Below, in pieces: positions 27,801 through 36,094 of a stretch of DNA of 55,030 nt; the stretch's first letter is position 1; each line of letters opens with the position of its first letter. The notes beneath the pieces are model-generated. The model was not told the origin of the DNA, did not search any database, and saw only the letters and a list, made by a program, of their open reading frames with translations. The position numbers were made by a program, and so were the translations under genes. The stretch comes from Methylococcaceae bacterium UBA2778 (GTDB lineage Bacteria > Pseudomonadota > Gammaproteobacteria > Methylococcales > UBA2778). The stretch covers positions 13,575 to 68,604 of the forward strand of contig DEII01000063.1 of assembly GCA_002352385.1 (NCBI GenBank), in the 5' to 3' direction.

Positions 27801-28452
27801 TAAGATCGCCCACCGCCGTTGCCAGGGCCTCAAGATCAGCGCCGGTCGGAAATGTCGAATCCATGCTCTGCAGGCGATCTACGGCTGTGCCGGCCTCTTC
27901 AGGGAATCCTCCCCCGTCCGCCTTGGCGGAATCAATCGCGTTCTCAAGTGAAATTAGGGCCGTCACCATTCGGGCAAAGGCTTGTTCTTCGCTCCCCTCT
28001 TTTTGGGGTTCACCCAAAGTCCGTGTGAGTTCCGTCACCTTCCGGTCCAGTGCGGTGATGTCGGCGCCCTCCCGGTCTGCCGGTTTCAACCCCTTGACCA
28101 CCCGCTTGCGTACGAAGTCCCGCCGCACCGCAAGCATGGTGTCCAATTCACGCGTCTTGGCTTCAACCTCTCGGCAGGCTTGGTCCAGACCGAACATGGT
28201 GCTCAAAAAGCGGGACAGGTGGGGACCGACGGCCTCCGTTACCCAGCTCTCGTCTTGCCGGGTGGGATTAGCCTGTTCGAGGAGTTCCCGGTATCGGCGT
28301 CCAACTTCCGGATCCCGCTCAGCCAAATCGTCGGAAAAACGTTCCTGCAGGAGACGGAGCCTTTCAGGTTGGAACAAGTCGCGATAGCTGAATCCCTCAA
28401 TCCCGAGGGCCAATGGCTCGCCGTTCTTGTTATCAGCAAGTGGTTCTGTCAT
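24802..28452 (-). CDS. 1216-aa multidomain flavoprotein: about 300-aa helical N-terminal region + GltD/NfnB/SudA-like Fe-S/FAD/NAD(P)H module + PyrK/NfnA/SudB-like FAD/[2Fe-2S] module
   Basis: Cys clusters CIFCHNQERDSC, GCPLDEHISE and CPGTGHRICNDCMKACIF. Dinucleotide folds VLVVGLGPAGYTLAHFL and VVLGGGLTAIDTATE. C-terminal FNR-like barrel (RFHPGQFYRL..., VVLLGGGLGNAVLF). Terminal Cys motif CMMKKVCAQCLQ...FSC resembles PyrK. Confidence 0.75.
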   Translation of the reverse strand: MTEPLADNKNGEPLALGIEGFSYRDLFQPERLRLLQERFSDDLAERDPEVGRRYRELLEQANPTRQDESWVTEAVGPHLSRFLSTMFGLDQACREVEAKTRELDTMLAVRRDFVRKRVVKGLKPADREGADITALDRKVTELTRTLGEPQKEGSEEQAFARMVTALISLENAIDSAKADGGGFPEEAGTAVDRLQSMDSTFPTGADLEALATAVGDLIRKVQIWSAYQVDSKPRPAATRHWEIFRLQQKVDFRNLVEREYPHPDKPHFFQGSEAIYRHRVGFELTDHRYEHTEMIGELDLCIFCHNQERDSCYKGVKDKKGNTKTNPVGIVLDGCPLDEHISEAQLLRQQGDALAGLATVMINNPMCPGTGHRICNDCMKACIFQKQDPVNIPQIETGILTDVLDMPWGMEVYGLLTRWNPLNIRRPYQLPLNGKRVLVVGLGPAGYTLAHFLTSEGFAVVAVDGLKLEPLPGEQVGEGFAPLPSWQDFIQPLDQRILDGFGGVSEYGITVRWDKNFLRLLYLTLLRKPGFTAYGGVRFGGTLTLEDAAELGFDHVAIATGAGKPTIVPMKNNLLRGVRMASDFLMALQLTGASKDDSLANLQVRMPAVVLGGGLTAIDTATELMAYYPAMVERVLKRSAILKAEGRLDAFLEKLVGEEKTIYEEFIAHGKAVVAEKERAATEGREPDMIKLVRGWGGVTLAYRRTVQESPAYRLNHEEVIKALEEGIYFDETISPTEAVADEHGSIKTLRARYKGSDDEVELPCRSLMVAAGTSPNIVYELEHPDTFDIDGKFFKPFNAAKSNGEIKLADDKDPAASFFTSYNKEGLTVSYYGDNHPAYAGNVVKAMASARNGYPKVVDIFRSEISGLDPAGQRQRDRAHTEFVARLDDVLKARVVRVERLTSTITEVVLRAPYQARKFHPGQFYRLQNFDANAPKIKGFRMAMEGVALTGAWVDKEQGLLSLIILEMGGSSDLCAYLQPGEEVVCMGPTGAPTEIPSNANVVLLGGGLGNAVLFSIAKACKEAGSKVLYFAGYKNGADLFKRDEVEEATDQVIFSTDMGDQIEPQRPRDAHFRGNIVQAMIAYSNGEFGAQLFPLDEAEHLVAIGSDRMMAAVKAARHDPSLLQPYLKEHVAVASINSPMQCMMKKVCAQCLQRHVDPETGEETFVFSCFNQDQGMDEVDFSFLNSRLRQNNVLEKQSVGILGMMTDAADLPHV

Positions 28453-28811
28453 AGGATGTTTCCTCTTTTTCTTCTCAATGCGTGCGACGTTTATGGATCA
28501 ATCATCAGGATAGAGTCACCTCGGCAGCCTTTCCGTTTAATACGACCAAGCGCCCGTATCCTAACACCGGCGGTTCAGTGCGATCAACCATTGCGGCCCC
28601 GATGCCGACGTTCGGATAAGCGTGGCGCTGCTTGGTCGCCCGTTTATCTCTGTTGCCTACCACGATCCCGTTCAGCAGGCGATCATGGTTCGTTTGCTTG
28701 AAAGGATTCTCCATTTCGGCATTTATAACACAACCGCGGCGCCTTACTCAAACTCAATTGAAACCCAGTGATCACTTGGTTGGCCGGGCGGCTTGCAGGC
28801 AAGCGGTTTCC

Positions 28812-29516
28812 TCAGCCTTGCCGGTGCTGCGCGCGGTGTCGAACATCGACACCTTTAACAAGATAGATGACGTATTCGGCCAGGTGTTCGGTATGCTCGG
28901 ACAAGCCTTCCAGCGCCTTGATCACCAGCGTCAGATTGATGGCGTGTTCGGCGTTGTTGGCATCTTCGCGTGCGAAGGCGGTCAGACGCGCCAGGCTCGA
29001 CTGAAAATCGGAGCCGCGCTCCCGGTTGCCGTTGAGCAGGGCTTCGGCAATGGTGGCATCCAGCGTGTCCAACGCATCCAGCGCCTCCTCGAGCAGCTTC
29101 AGTATGCCGGTCGCCATCGTATCGACATCCCGAAATACGCTGCCGCCTGAGTGAATTTCCTCTCGATTGTGGATGCTCAAAGCGATCTGGGCGATTCTTA
29201 CCGCCTCGTCGCCGATCCGCTCGAGATCGGTGATCACCTTGGAAAAGGCCATGGTGACTCTGAGATCGCGCCCGATCGGTCCGTGCCTGCTGATCAGCGA
29301 TATGATCGAGTCGTCCGCCGTCAGTTCCAGTGCATCAAGCCGGGGTTCGCGGGTGATCACGTTGCTGGCGGCTCTGAGATCGCCGTGGCGGAAGGCCGCC
29401 AAAGCCAAGCGGCTCTGATCCAGGGCAAGGCCGCCCATTTCAACCATCAGCAGATGGATGTGGTTCAGTTCACCGTCATAGGTGTGATCGGCGTGCCCTT
29501 CGAGTGAAAATGCCAT
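28812..29516 (-). CDS. phoU: phosphate signalling complex protein PhoU
   Basis: 234 aa. Two PhoU repeats with E/D..D...ERIGD-type motifs (TDLERIGDEAVRIA; EHLAEYVIYLV). Confidence 0.9.
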   Translation of the reverse strand: MAFSLEGHADHTYDGELNHIHLLMVEMGGLALDQSRLALAAFRHGDLRAASNVITREPRLDALELTADDSIISLISRHGPIGRDLRVTMAFSKVITDLERIGDEAVRIAQIALSIHNREEIHSGGSVFRDVDTMATGILKLLEEALDALDTLDATIAEALLNGNRERGSDFQSSLARLTAFAREDANNAEHAINLTLVIKALEGLSEHTEHLAEYVIYLVKGVDVRHRAQHRQG

Positions 29517-29791
29517 GGTATCGCTTGTCAGCCTGCATTGAAGCGGTCGGATCCAAACAGAGACCGGCCTGTGTCAAAAAGGTTAATCATAGCAGTGCGT
29601 GAAGATAGGATTCAATGCCGAGGCGTTTTTCCATGATCGAAGGTGATGCTGAAATAACCTCAAAAACCGATATCCGGGAGCTTGAGTATCGGCTCGTTAT
29701 CAAGCTTGGAACCACGATTGTCGTAGCAATCGGCATCGTGGCGACACATGTCAAACCGCTGTAGAAATCGATCACGGGCGTGTGACAGGTA

Positions 29792-29870
29792 CGTAGGGCG
29801 GAACGCGAAGCGGCCCGGGGCCGCACGCGTGATGGTGAGACGCCCGCTTCCGGCATCAGTCTGCCCGCAG
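29792..29870. repeat. REP-like unit in the phoU-pstB spacer
   Basis: CGTAGGGCGGAACGCGAAG (29792-29810) is the exact reverse complement of 15180-15198. A GC-rich imperfect palindrome follows. Confidence 0.5.
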
Positions 29871-29871
29871 G

Positions 29872-30765
29872 TCAGCCGAACCGCCCTGTAATATAATCTT
29901 CGGTCAACTGGTGCTGCGGGTTGCGGAATATCTGCTCGGTTTCCCCGACCTCGATCAGATCGCCGAGATGAAAATAGGCGGTACGGCGCGAGACCCGGGC
30001 GGCCTGCTGCATGGAGTGGGTGACGATGCAGATGGAAAACTGCTCCTCCAGCTCCATCATCAGCTCTTCCACTTTTGCCGTGGATATGGGGTCGAGCGCC
30101 GAACAGGGCTCGTCCATCAGGATCACCTCGGGTTCGACCGCGATGGTGCGGGCGATGCAGAGCCGCTGCTGCTGTCCGCCGGACAGTCCTGTTCCAGGCT
30201 GGTCGAGCCGATCCTTGACCTCGTCCCACAGTCCGGCCCGCTGCAGGCTGGTGACGATGATCTCTTCCAGTTCGGATTTGTGATCGTAGAGGCCGTGAAT
30301 TTTCGGACCGAATGCCACATTTTCCCAGATCGATTTCGGAAACGGATTGGGTTTCTGGAACACCATCCCCACCGAGGCGCGCAGCGGTACAACGTCGATC
30401 CTCGGATCGTTGATGTTCTCCTCGCCCATGAGGATCTCGCCGATGACGCGGCAGCCGTCGATGGTGTCGTTCATCCGGTTGAGGCACCGCAGGAACGTGC
30501 TTTTTCCGCAGCCGGAGGGCCCGATCATGGCGATGATCTCGTTTTCGCCGATGTCGAGCGACACATTGTTGATGGCCTGCTTGTCGTCGTAAAAGACATT
30601 GACGTCGGTACAGCGCATGCGCGGATTGTCAACCCGGCACTCGCCGATAGTGGTCCGATGTTCGCGGTGGACGCGCGCGGTCGATTGCGGGGTTGCGACC
30701 ACCTGAATTACTTCGGCTTGTTCGAACTGGTCAGCTTGACCGACTGCTTCTTTGGTTTCGTTCAT
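29872..30765 (-). CDS. pstB: phosphate ABC transporter ATP-binding protein PstB
   Basis: Walker [10 protein letters not shown], signature LSGGQQQRL, Walker B ILMDEP. I prefer the ATG at 30765 to the TTG at 30786. Confidence 0.9.
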   Translation of the reverse strand: MNETKEAVGQADQFEQAEVIQVVATPQSTARVHREHRTTIGECRVDNPRMRCTDVNVFYDDKQAINNVSLDIGENEIIAMIGPSGCGKSTFLRCLNRMNDTIDGCRVIGEILMGEENINDPRIDVVPLRASVGMVFQKPNPFPKSIWENVAFGPKIHGLYDHKSELEEIIVTSLQRAGLWDEVKDRLDQPGTGLSGGQQQRLCIARTIAVEPEVILMDEPCSALDPISTAKVEELMMELEEQFSICIVTHSMQQAARVSRRTAYFHLGDLIEVGETEQIFRNPQHQLTEDYITGRFG

Positions 30766-31017
30766 ATCGTACAGTCCTGTTAACAAGGCGTTTCGGTGCC
30801 GGATTGAAATGCCTCCGAGGCGTATGCCGGCGCATTATAAAGGGTGCCCGATCATTAGACAAAGATGGGATGAAGAACAGGCGTGCAAAAGGGATCGCTG
30901 CGAGTCCGGAGCAAGCCGTTGCCCGCGCGAGCGCGTGGTTGATTCGACTGTTGCAGGCAGCGGCGCGGCCGGCTTCCCGGCGGCGGATGCTTTCCGGCGG
31001 TGCGCATTATCGATCCT

Positions 31018-32346
31018 CTACCAACGGCGCTCGAAGCGCTTGCGCAGGAAGACCGCCAGCGAGTTCATGGCGATCAGAAAGAGTAGCAGAACCATGATCG
31101 CTGCCGACGTTTTTTCCACGAATCCGCGCTCCGGACTGTCGGCCCAGAGATAGATCTGCACCGGCAAAACGGTGGACGGGTCGAAAATTCCGGAAGGGAC
31201 GTCGACGATGAACGCCACCATACCGATCATCAACAGGGGGGCGGTTTCGCCCAGGGCGCGCGCCATGCCGAGGATGGTGCCGGTGAGCATGCCGGGCATG
31301 GCCAGCGGCAGCACATGATAGAGCACCGTCTGCACTCGCGATGCGCCGAGACCGAGGGCCGCTTCGCGTATCGACGGCGGCACCGAGGTCAAGGCGGCGC
31401 GCCCGGCGATGATGATCGTCGGCAGCGTCATCAGGCTGAGCACCAGGCCGCCGACAAGCGGCGCCGAGCGGGGCAGCCCGAAAAAATTGAGAAAGACCGC
31501 AAGGCCCAGCAGACCGAAGACGATGGAAGGGACGGCGGCCAGATTGTTGATGTTGACCTCGATCAGGTCGGTCAGGCGGTTGCGCGGTGCGAACTCTTCC
31601 AGATAGACCGCCGCGGCCACGCCGATGGGAAAGGAGAGCGCCACCGTTACCAGCAGGGTGTAGAACGATCCGACTGCGGCGCCGCGAATCCCGGCCAGCT
31701 CCGGATCACGCGAGTCGCCGGCAGTAAAGAAGGTGCTGTTGAACCGCTTTTCGATCCGTCCCTCGGCGATCAGGCGGTCGATCCAGCGGTGCTGAATCGC
31801 CTTCAGGCGCCCGGAATCCTCGCTGGTGCGTTCGGTGTGGCCTTTGATGAACATGTCCACATCGTCGTTGGCGGGTAGCCACAGGCTCTTTGTGATTCCG
31901 ATCAGGTTGGGCTCTTCCAGAACCTGGTTTCGGAGAATGAAGTCGGCGCCGGGGCTCACCAGCGCATAAAGCGCCCGTTTGTCCCGGCGACTCGTCACCT
32001 CTGGAAAGAGCGATCGCAGCGAGGCTTTGACCAGTCCGCCGTAGTCTGCCCGGCTCAAGGCGGCGCGGTCGCGCTGGATGCCGAGCCCAAGATTGTCGGC
32101 GCTGAAATCGATCTCCAGGCGGATGTAGGTCTGTTCGAATGCGGTATAGCCCTTGGCGACGATGCTGACGAAAAGCAGCGCCAGAAAAGCCAGTCCCAAC
32201 CAGATCGCGACTCTGCCGTAGAGGCGGAATCGGCGCTCGGCCTGGTGGCGTTTTTTGAGGCCGGAGCGCACCCGTTCGATGGTACGGGAGCGGGGCGGTT
32301 TACCGGGTGCGTTGCCGGCAATCGAGGAAGAGTTTGTATTATTCAT
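31018..32346 (-). CDS. pstA: phosphate ABC transporter permease PstA (long form with N-terminal extension)
   Basis: Multi-TM protein with an EAA-like loop (REAALGLGASR). The ATG at 32346 gives an 8-nt overlap with the pstC stop; the track start at 32388 overlaps by 50 nt. Confidence 0.85.
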   Translation of the reverse strand: MNNTNSSSIAGNAPGKPPRSRTIERVRSGLKKRHQAERRFRLYGRVAIWLGLAFLALLFVSIVAKGYTAFEQTYIRLEIDFSADNLGLGIQRDRAALSRADYGGLVKASLRSLFPEVTSRRDKRALYALVSPGADFILRNQVLEEPNLIGITKSLWLPANDDVDMFIKGHTERTSEDSGRLKAIQHRWIDRLIAEGRIEKRFNSTFFTAGDSRDPELAGIRGAAVGSFYTLLVTVALSFPIGVAAAVYLEEFAPRNRLTDLIEVNINNLAAVPSIVFGLLGLAVFLNFFGLPRSAPLVGGLVLSLMTLPTIIIAGRAALTSVPPSIREAALGLGASRVQTVLYHVLPLAMPGMLTGTILGMARALGETAPLLMIGMVAFIVDVPSGIFDPSTVLPVQIYLWADSPERGFVEKTSAAIMVLLLFLIAMNSLAVFLRKRFERRW

Positions 32347-33721
32347 ACTGTTCCCGGTATTTGCGAACGACATGAAGGGCGATGACATTGAGGATCAGCG
32401 TGATGATGAACAGCACCAGGCCGAGTGCAAAGGCGGCCAGCGTTTTCGGACTGTCGAACTCCTGGTCGCCGGTAAGCAGGGTCACGATCTGCACCGTTAC
32501 CGTGGTCACCGCCTCCAGAGGATTGGCGGTGAGATTGGCTGCAAGCCCGGCCGCCATTACCACGATCATCGTTTCGCCGATGGCGCGCGAGACCGCCAGC
32601 AGCACGCCGGCGATAATTCCCGGCAATGCCGACGGGAATATCACCTTGCGGATCGTTTCGGATTGGGTGGCGCCCAATGCATAGGCGCCGTCTCTCATCG
32701 CTTGCGGGACGGCATTGATGACATCGTCGGAGAGAGAGGAGACGAACGGGATGATCATGATGCCCATGACCAGGCCGGCGGCCAGGGCGCTCTCGGATGC
32801 GACATCCAGTCCCAGTGCCTGGCCGGCGTCGCGGATGAACGGTGCCACCGTCAGCGCGGCGAAGAATCCGTATACCACGGTGGGAACTCCGGCGAGAATC
32901 TCGAGCAGGGGCTTGGCGGCGGCACGGAACTTCGGCGAGGCGTATTCGGACAGGTAGATTGCCGACAGCAGCCCGACGGGCACCGCGACCAGCATTGCGA
33001 TGAACGTGATCAGCAGCGTTCCGGCCATCACCGGGACCATGCCGAAGGCGCCCGAAGAGCCGACCTGGTCGGCGCGGATGGCGGTCTGCGGGCTCCATTT
33101 CAACCCGAACAGGAAGTCGGTCACCGGCACCGCCTCGAAAAAACGGATCGATTCGAACAGCACCGACAGCACGATGCCGATGGTGGTGACGATGGCAATG
33201 CTTGAGCAGATTTTCAGAAAAGCGACCAGCAGCGTTTCGACCGTGTTGCGCGCCCGCTGATGCGGCTTGATTCTGGTCAGTGCCAGCCAGCCGAGCGCAG
33301 CGGCGATCGACAGCACGACAATGGTCAGGATGGCATGGCTGGTTGCAGTCAGGCTTTTGTAATGTTCGGCCGCCTTGAGCAGGGCCGGATCGGCGTCGGC
33401 CGAGGGGGCGTGGCCGTGCACCAGATTCCTGATGTCGTTCAGCACCAGCGTCAGCCGGCTTTTGTCGAGCTGGCGTATGTTATCCGGTAGACCACCGAGC
33501 ACCATCTTGGTGATCAGCGTCGGCTCCAGCATGAGCCAGACGGCGGCGATCAGCAAGCCCGGGGCGGCGCACCAGATAGCCGTGTAGAGCCCGTAATAGA
33601 TCGGCAGGGAGTGCAGGTTCCGCAATTTTCCCTGGGCGACGGCAAAGGCCCGGCTGCGGCCGGCGTAGTAGGCGAGCGTGGCCAGGGCCAGCAGCGTGAT
33701 GACCAATGTTGAGCCTTGCAT
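32339..33721 (-). CDS. pstC: phosphate ABC transporter permease PstC (long form)
   Basis: 460 aa, multi-TM, permease loop MRDGAYALGATQSETI. Confidence 0.85.
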   Translation of the reverse strand: MQGSTLVITLLALATLAYYAGRSRAFAVAQGKLRNLHSLPIYYGLYTAIWCAAPGLLIAAVWLMLEPTLITKMVLGGLPDNIRQLDKSRLTLVLNDIRNLVHGHAPSADADPALLKAAEHYKSLTATSHAILTIVVLSIAAALGWLALTRIKPHQRARNTVETLLVAFLKICSSIAIVTTIGIVLSVLFESIRFFEAVPVTDFLFGLKWSPQTAIRADQVGSSGAFGMVPVMAGTLLITFIAMLVAVPVGLLSAIYLSEYASPKFRAAAKPLLEILAGVPTVVYGFFAALTVAPFIRDAGQALGLDVASESALAAGLVMGIMIIPFVSSLSDDVINAVPQAMRDGAYALGATQSETIRKVIFPSALPGIIAGVLLAVSRAIGETMIVVMAAGLAANLTANPLEAVTTVTVQIVTLLTGDQEFDSPKTLAAFALGLVLFIITLILNVIALHVVRKYREQYE

Positions 33722-34002
33722 CGGGTTGTTACCTTGACAAGAGACGAAAATAAAAAAGAACGCGACTATTCAGGCACTTTCCTCGGCCGTCGGGCAGTGG
33801 GGCATTTCTTCCGGAAGACGCTGCGAATACCTCCCTTGATGTTGGCGTCCATGCCAACCACACGTCCTCCTCGAATACTTCACTGCCGTCGCTCATGCGG
33901 CCAGCCGAAGATGTGCTGAATAGTCGCAAAAGAACAATAGCGCGGAACGGCCGCAGCCTGTGCCTGCCACGATCGTTCCAGGCTTGCGCTGCCGAGAGCG
34001 GT

Positions 34003-35064
34003 TCATTCGAGTACGAGGTTGTTCAGCGCCTTGGCGTCGGCGGCGAATTTGGCCCGCTCTTCCTCGGGCATGGGGATCAGCCCGCGGTCGGTCAAATAAC
34101 CTTCGTCGCCCCACGCCTTTTCACTGGTGAATTCCGCCAGATAGACCTCGATGCCGGGTATGGTGCCGACGTGCGCCTTTTTCACGTAAAAATAGAGCGG
34201 CCGCGAGATCGGGTAGCTGCCGTCGGCGATGGTTTCGAATTCCGCCTTGATGCCGTTGACGGTCGATCCTTGAATCTGGTCGCGGTTCTGGTCCAGAAAG
34301 CTGAAGCCGAATATGCCCACTGCATCGGGGTTGGCTTCCAGCTTCTGTACGATCAGATTATCGTTTTCGCCAGCCTCGACATAGGCACCATCTTCGCGAA
34401 TCGTGTGGCAGATCCGCTTGTAGGCTTTCTTGTCCTCTTGCTTGATCGCCTTGATCCAGTCGAAGCTTTTGCAGCCGCCTTCCATCGCCAGTTCGACGAA
34501 GGCGTCACGGGTTCCGGATGTTGGCGGCGGCCCCAGCACTTCGATCGCCGTATCGGGCAAGTCGGGATTGACCTCCTTCCAGGTTTTGTATGGATTGGGG
34601 ACCAGCTTCTTCGAACCGTCGGCGGCCGGTACCTCCTTGGCCAGCCCCAGGAAAACATCGCGCAGGGTCAGCGCCATCGGTGCGGCTTTCTTCGAGTTGG
34701 CCAGGGCGATGCCGTCATAGCCGATCTTCACCTCGACGATTTCATTGACGCCGTTCGCGTGGCAGGCATCGTACTCCGATTTCTTGATGCGGCGCGACGC
34801 GTTGGTGATGTCGGGATGCTCAACTCCGACTCCGGAGCAGAACAGCTTCAACCCGCCGCCCGAACCGGTGGATTCGACCTTGGGCGTCTTGAAGTCAGTG
34901 GTCTTGCCGAACTGTTCGGCTACCACGGTGGCGAACGGGTAAACTGTCGATGAACCGACGATGCTGATGTAGTCGCGAGCGGATTGCGCATCGGCGTTGC
35001 CGAGGGCGAGAAGGGATGACAAAGCGGTCGACAAAACAAATATCTTTTTCAACATGAATGGCAC
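34003..35064 (-). CDS. pstS: phosphate ABC transporter substrate-binding protein (PstS family)
   Basis: 353 aa with a signal peptide. GSSTVYPF and TGSGGG motifs of PBP-like phosphate binders. Heads the pst operon. Confidence 0.8.
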   Translation of the reverse strand: MPFMLKKIFVLSTALSSLLALGNADAQSARDYISIVGSSTVYPFATVVAEQFGKTTDFKTPKVESTGSGGGLKLFCSGVGVEHPDITNASRRIKKSEYDACHANGVNEIVEVKIGYDGIALANSKKAAPMALTLRDVFLGLAKEVPAADGSKKLVPNPYKTWKEVNPDLPDTAIEVLGPPPTSGTRDAFVELAMEGGCKSFDWIKAIKQEDKKAYKRICHTIREDGAYVEAGENDNLIVQKLEANPDAVGIFGFSFLDQNRDQIQGSTVNGIKAEFETIADGSYPISRPLYFYVKKAHVGTIPGIEVYLAEFTSEKAWGDEGYLTDRGLIPMPEEERAKFAADAKALNNLVLE

Positions 35065-35165
35065 TCCGTGTTAAAACATAAAACCAGGTTAACAAGGCAT
35101 CCCGCCTTGGCGGTCGGTTCATTTCGATTCCCAACCAGCAGGATGACAGCACATGTGAGCGGCTG

Positions 35166-35200
35166 ATTTTACGTGCCGGATATGACAGTTTTATGACAAT
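35166..35200 (-). promoter_or_regulatory. Pho box plus -10 element of the pstS promoter
   Basis: The minus strand reads TTGTCATAAAACTGTCATAT, then 10 nt, then TAAAAT. That is two 7-nt CTGTCAT-type repeats with a 4-nt spacer, matching the PhoB consensus. It lies about 120 nt upstream of pstS. A third CTGTCAT is at 35142-35148. Confidence 0.6.
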
Positions 35201-35475
35201 GGATCATGTGATCGTCTTCGCCCTGGCTCAATAAACAAGATGCTGGCTCAACCATGAGGTGTTTACTATTTGGAGCTGTCGATATGCCACTGTTTACGCC
35301 CCTTTTCCCGGGAGCCCGGCTATCCTGGCCGCTCGTTGCGGGCGGGACGCCTGCGCTCCTAAGGGGGCATGAATGATGACGCTGATGCCGTTAAATATTC
35401 CTTTACTCAGTTTGCTTATTTTGATATAAAGTTCGGCTTGATGCAGTTACGATCTTTTGTTCCAAGGAGCTTATC

Positions 35476-35712
35476 ATGTCCCGAATCTGTCAAGTGACCG
35501 GCAAACGCCCGATGGTGGGCAACAACGTGTCACATGCACACAATAAATCAAAAAGACGCTTCAACCCGAACCTTCATCACCACCGGTTCTGGGTCGAAAG
35601 TGAAAATCGCTGGGTGCGCCTGCGCGTCTCCAGCAATGGCATGCGTGTCATCGACAAGGTGGGCATCGATGCCGTGCTTGCCGATATGCGTAAACGCGGC
35701 GAAAAAATATAA
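35476..35712 (+). CDS. rpmB: 50S ribosomal protein L28
   Basis: [33 protein letters not shown]..., 78 aa. Confidence 0.95.
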   Translation: MSRICQVTGKRPMVGNNVSHAHNKSKRRFNPNLHHHRFWVESENRWVRLRVSSNGMRVIDKVGIDAVLADMRKRGEKI

Positions 35713-35724
35713 GGAGGGAATTGG

Positions 35725-35880
35725 ATGCGCGATAAAATCAGACTGGTTTCCAGTGCCGGTACCGGCCATTTTTATACAACAACCAAAAACAAGCGCAATA
35801 TGCCCGGAAAAATGCAGATCAAGAAGTTCGATCCCGTTATCCGCAAGCATGTGATCTATAAAGAAGCAAAAATCAAATAG
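35725..35880 (+). CDS. rpmG: 50S ribosomal protein L33
   Basis: Hand-translated 51 aa: [61 protein letters not shown]. Too short for the ORF track. Confidence 0.9.
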   Translation: MRDKIRLVSSAGTGHFYTTTKNKRNMPGKMQIKKFDPVIRKHVIYKEAKIK

Positions 35881-36094
35881 GCATCGCGAACGGTGCGCAA
35901 CGGTATTTCGGTGGGTACTGGAATGCCGGATTTTGGCTTGGCTTCAGTGTGCGGCATGGAAAGGGGTGAACAGCACGTTGGGAGGCTGCCCGGAATGGAT
36001 ATAGGTCGGGTTAGGTGCGCTGATCGGTCTGAATCGTGCCCTAAATCTTATGCGCGCCGTACCCGACATTCGGCTGCAGCATTGCTGCCGGCGA

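Noticed and set aside
28505-28714. 69-aa ORF (MENPFKQTNHDRLLNGIVVGNRDKR...) immediately upstream of the 1216-aa flavoprotein gene. It could be an eighth member of the block.
   Set aside because: There is no Shine-Dalgarno sequence before its ATG and no recognisable family. I leave it as unproven. Ribosome profiling or conservation analysis would settle it.
35223-35251. 9-nt direct repeat CTGGCTCAA x2, spaced 20 nt apart, in the pstS/rpmB divergent region.
   Set aside because: It is short enough to arise by chance. No known binding-site consensus matches it, so I do not call it a regulatory site.
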